Shown: positions 63,453-64,000 of the stretch, one piece after another | Layout: each line of letters begins with the position of its first letter | How positions within the stretch are numbered: position 1 is the stretch's first letter | Source: Tubulanus polymorphus | Lineage: Eukaryota > Animalia > Nemertea | Reading direction: 5' to 3' | Length of the DNA stretch: 64,000 nucleotides | Assembly (NCBI RefSeq): GCF_964204645.1 | Contig: NC_134026.1 | Span: 9,075,950 to 9,139,949 of the forward strand | Notes under the pieces: generated by a model | The model's input: only the letters and a program-made list of their open reading frames with translations | Databases searched by the model: none | Told to the model about the DNA's origin: nothing | Translations under genes and position numbers: made by a program

Positions 63453-64000
63453 TTACATTATTGTTGTACGTTTTGATTTTGTAGTTTTCTGATCAGAAAA
63501 GAAAAATGCTAATTGGTCAGGTAATTCATGGTAACAACCGAAAACCTGATCGGGGAAATGTATTGCAAATGTTGGCATAAGATTTATAATCAATACATCC
63601 ACTGCAGTGATTATCAATGTTACAAATCTAGCGAATCTCGGTGTACATATCGAAAGAGATATGAACGGGAAGACGTTTAGGGTTTTAGCTATTATTAACC
63701 AAGAACTATTGCAGACTGCAAGCGCCATTACAAATTAATAGATCTGACAACTTATCACAGAGGAGTCATCGAGAATATACGTAGGACCGTCTCGGACGTA
63801 CAATATAGAACTAACTAGTACAGGTATCAGTGAATAATAAATACAGAACGTGAAATCGCTGAGAGACAATGTGATAAGATAGTTAGCGTATGATAAACCG
63901 CGGAATCTGCGACTTTTCATTACCAGGAAAGTAACTGTATTTCTGAAAGCCCCACAGAAATACGATAGGCAAAATGACCAGTGACACAGTACGGTAGATT
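63453..64000 (-). pseudogene. Rhodopsin-like GPCR pseudogene (TM1-TM4; stop, deletions), continues off the window
   Basis: MKSRRFRGLSYANYLITLSLSD (TM2 L..SD); region similar to the 56300-56752 copy but lacking TM5. Confidence 0.7.

Overview
AT-rich, intron-rich animal DNA, probably a marine invertebrate (lophotrochozoan-like; not determinable from sequence alone). Host genes read from splice signals and translation: TRNAU1AP/SECp43 (minus, 3' end runs off the window), a Shisa/WBP1-like single-pass PY-motif membrane protein (minus), PAK1IP1 (plus), TMEM14 (minus), PPP1R8/NIPP1 (plus), a secreted protein of unknown function (plus) and decayed rhodopsin-like GPCR copies. The centre is a three-level nest. 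A decayed duplicate of TRNAU1AP exon 1 plus promoter is split by a ~13.8-kb DNA transposon with inverted 30-bp subterminal arrays and a pseudogenised UIM-OTU-PHD cargo gene. That element is in turn interrupted by a very young 7.65-kb Gypsy-like LTR element (1270-bp LTRs, GTAT TSD, tRNA-Phe PBS) with gag and protease but no recognisable RT/RNase H/integrase. This LTR element has an intact -1 frameshift signal with a predicted pseudoknot, a long acidic insert with an RVTF motif, and a leader array of seven covarying hairpins antisense to tRNA T-arms, which is the most unusual signal in the window. Introns hold MITEs, Helentron-like elements, a LINE 3' end, Penelope-type minimal hammerhead ribozymes and a 20-bp satellite. 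All calls were made by eye, with no database searches.
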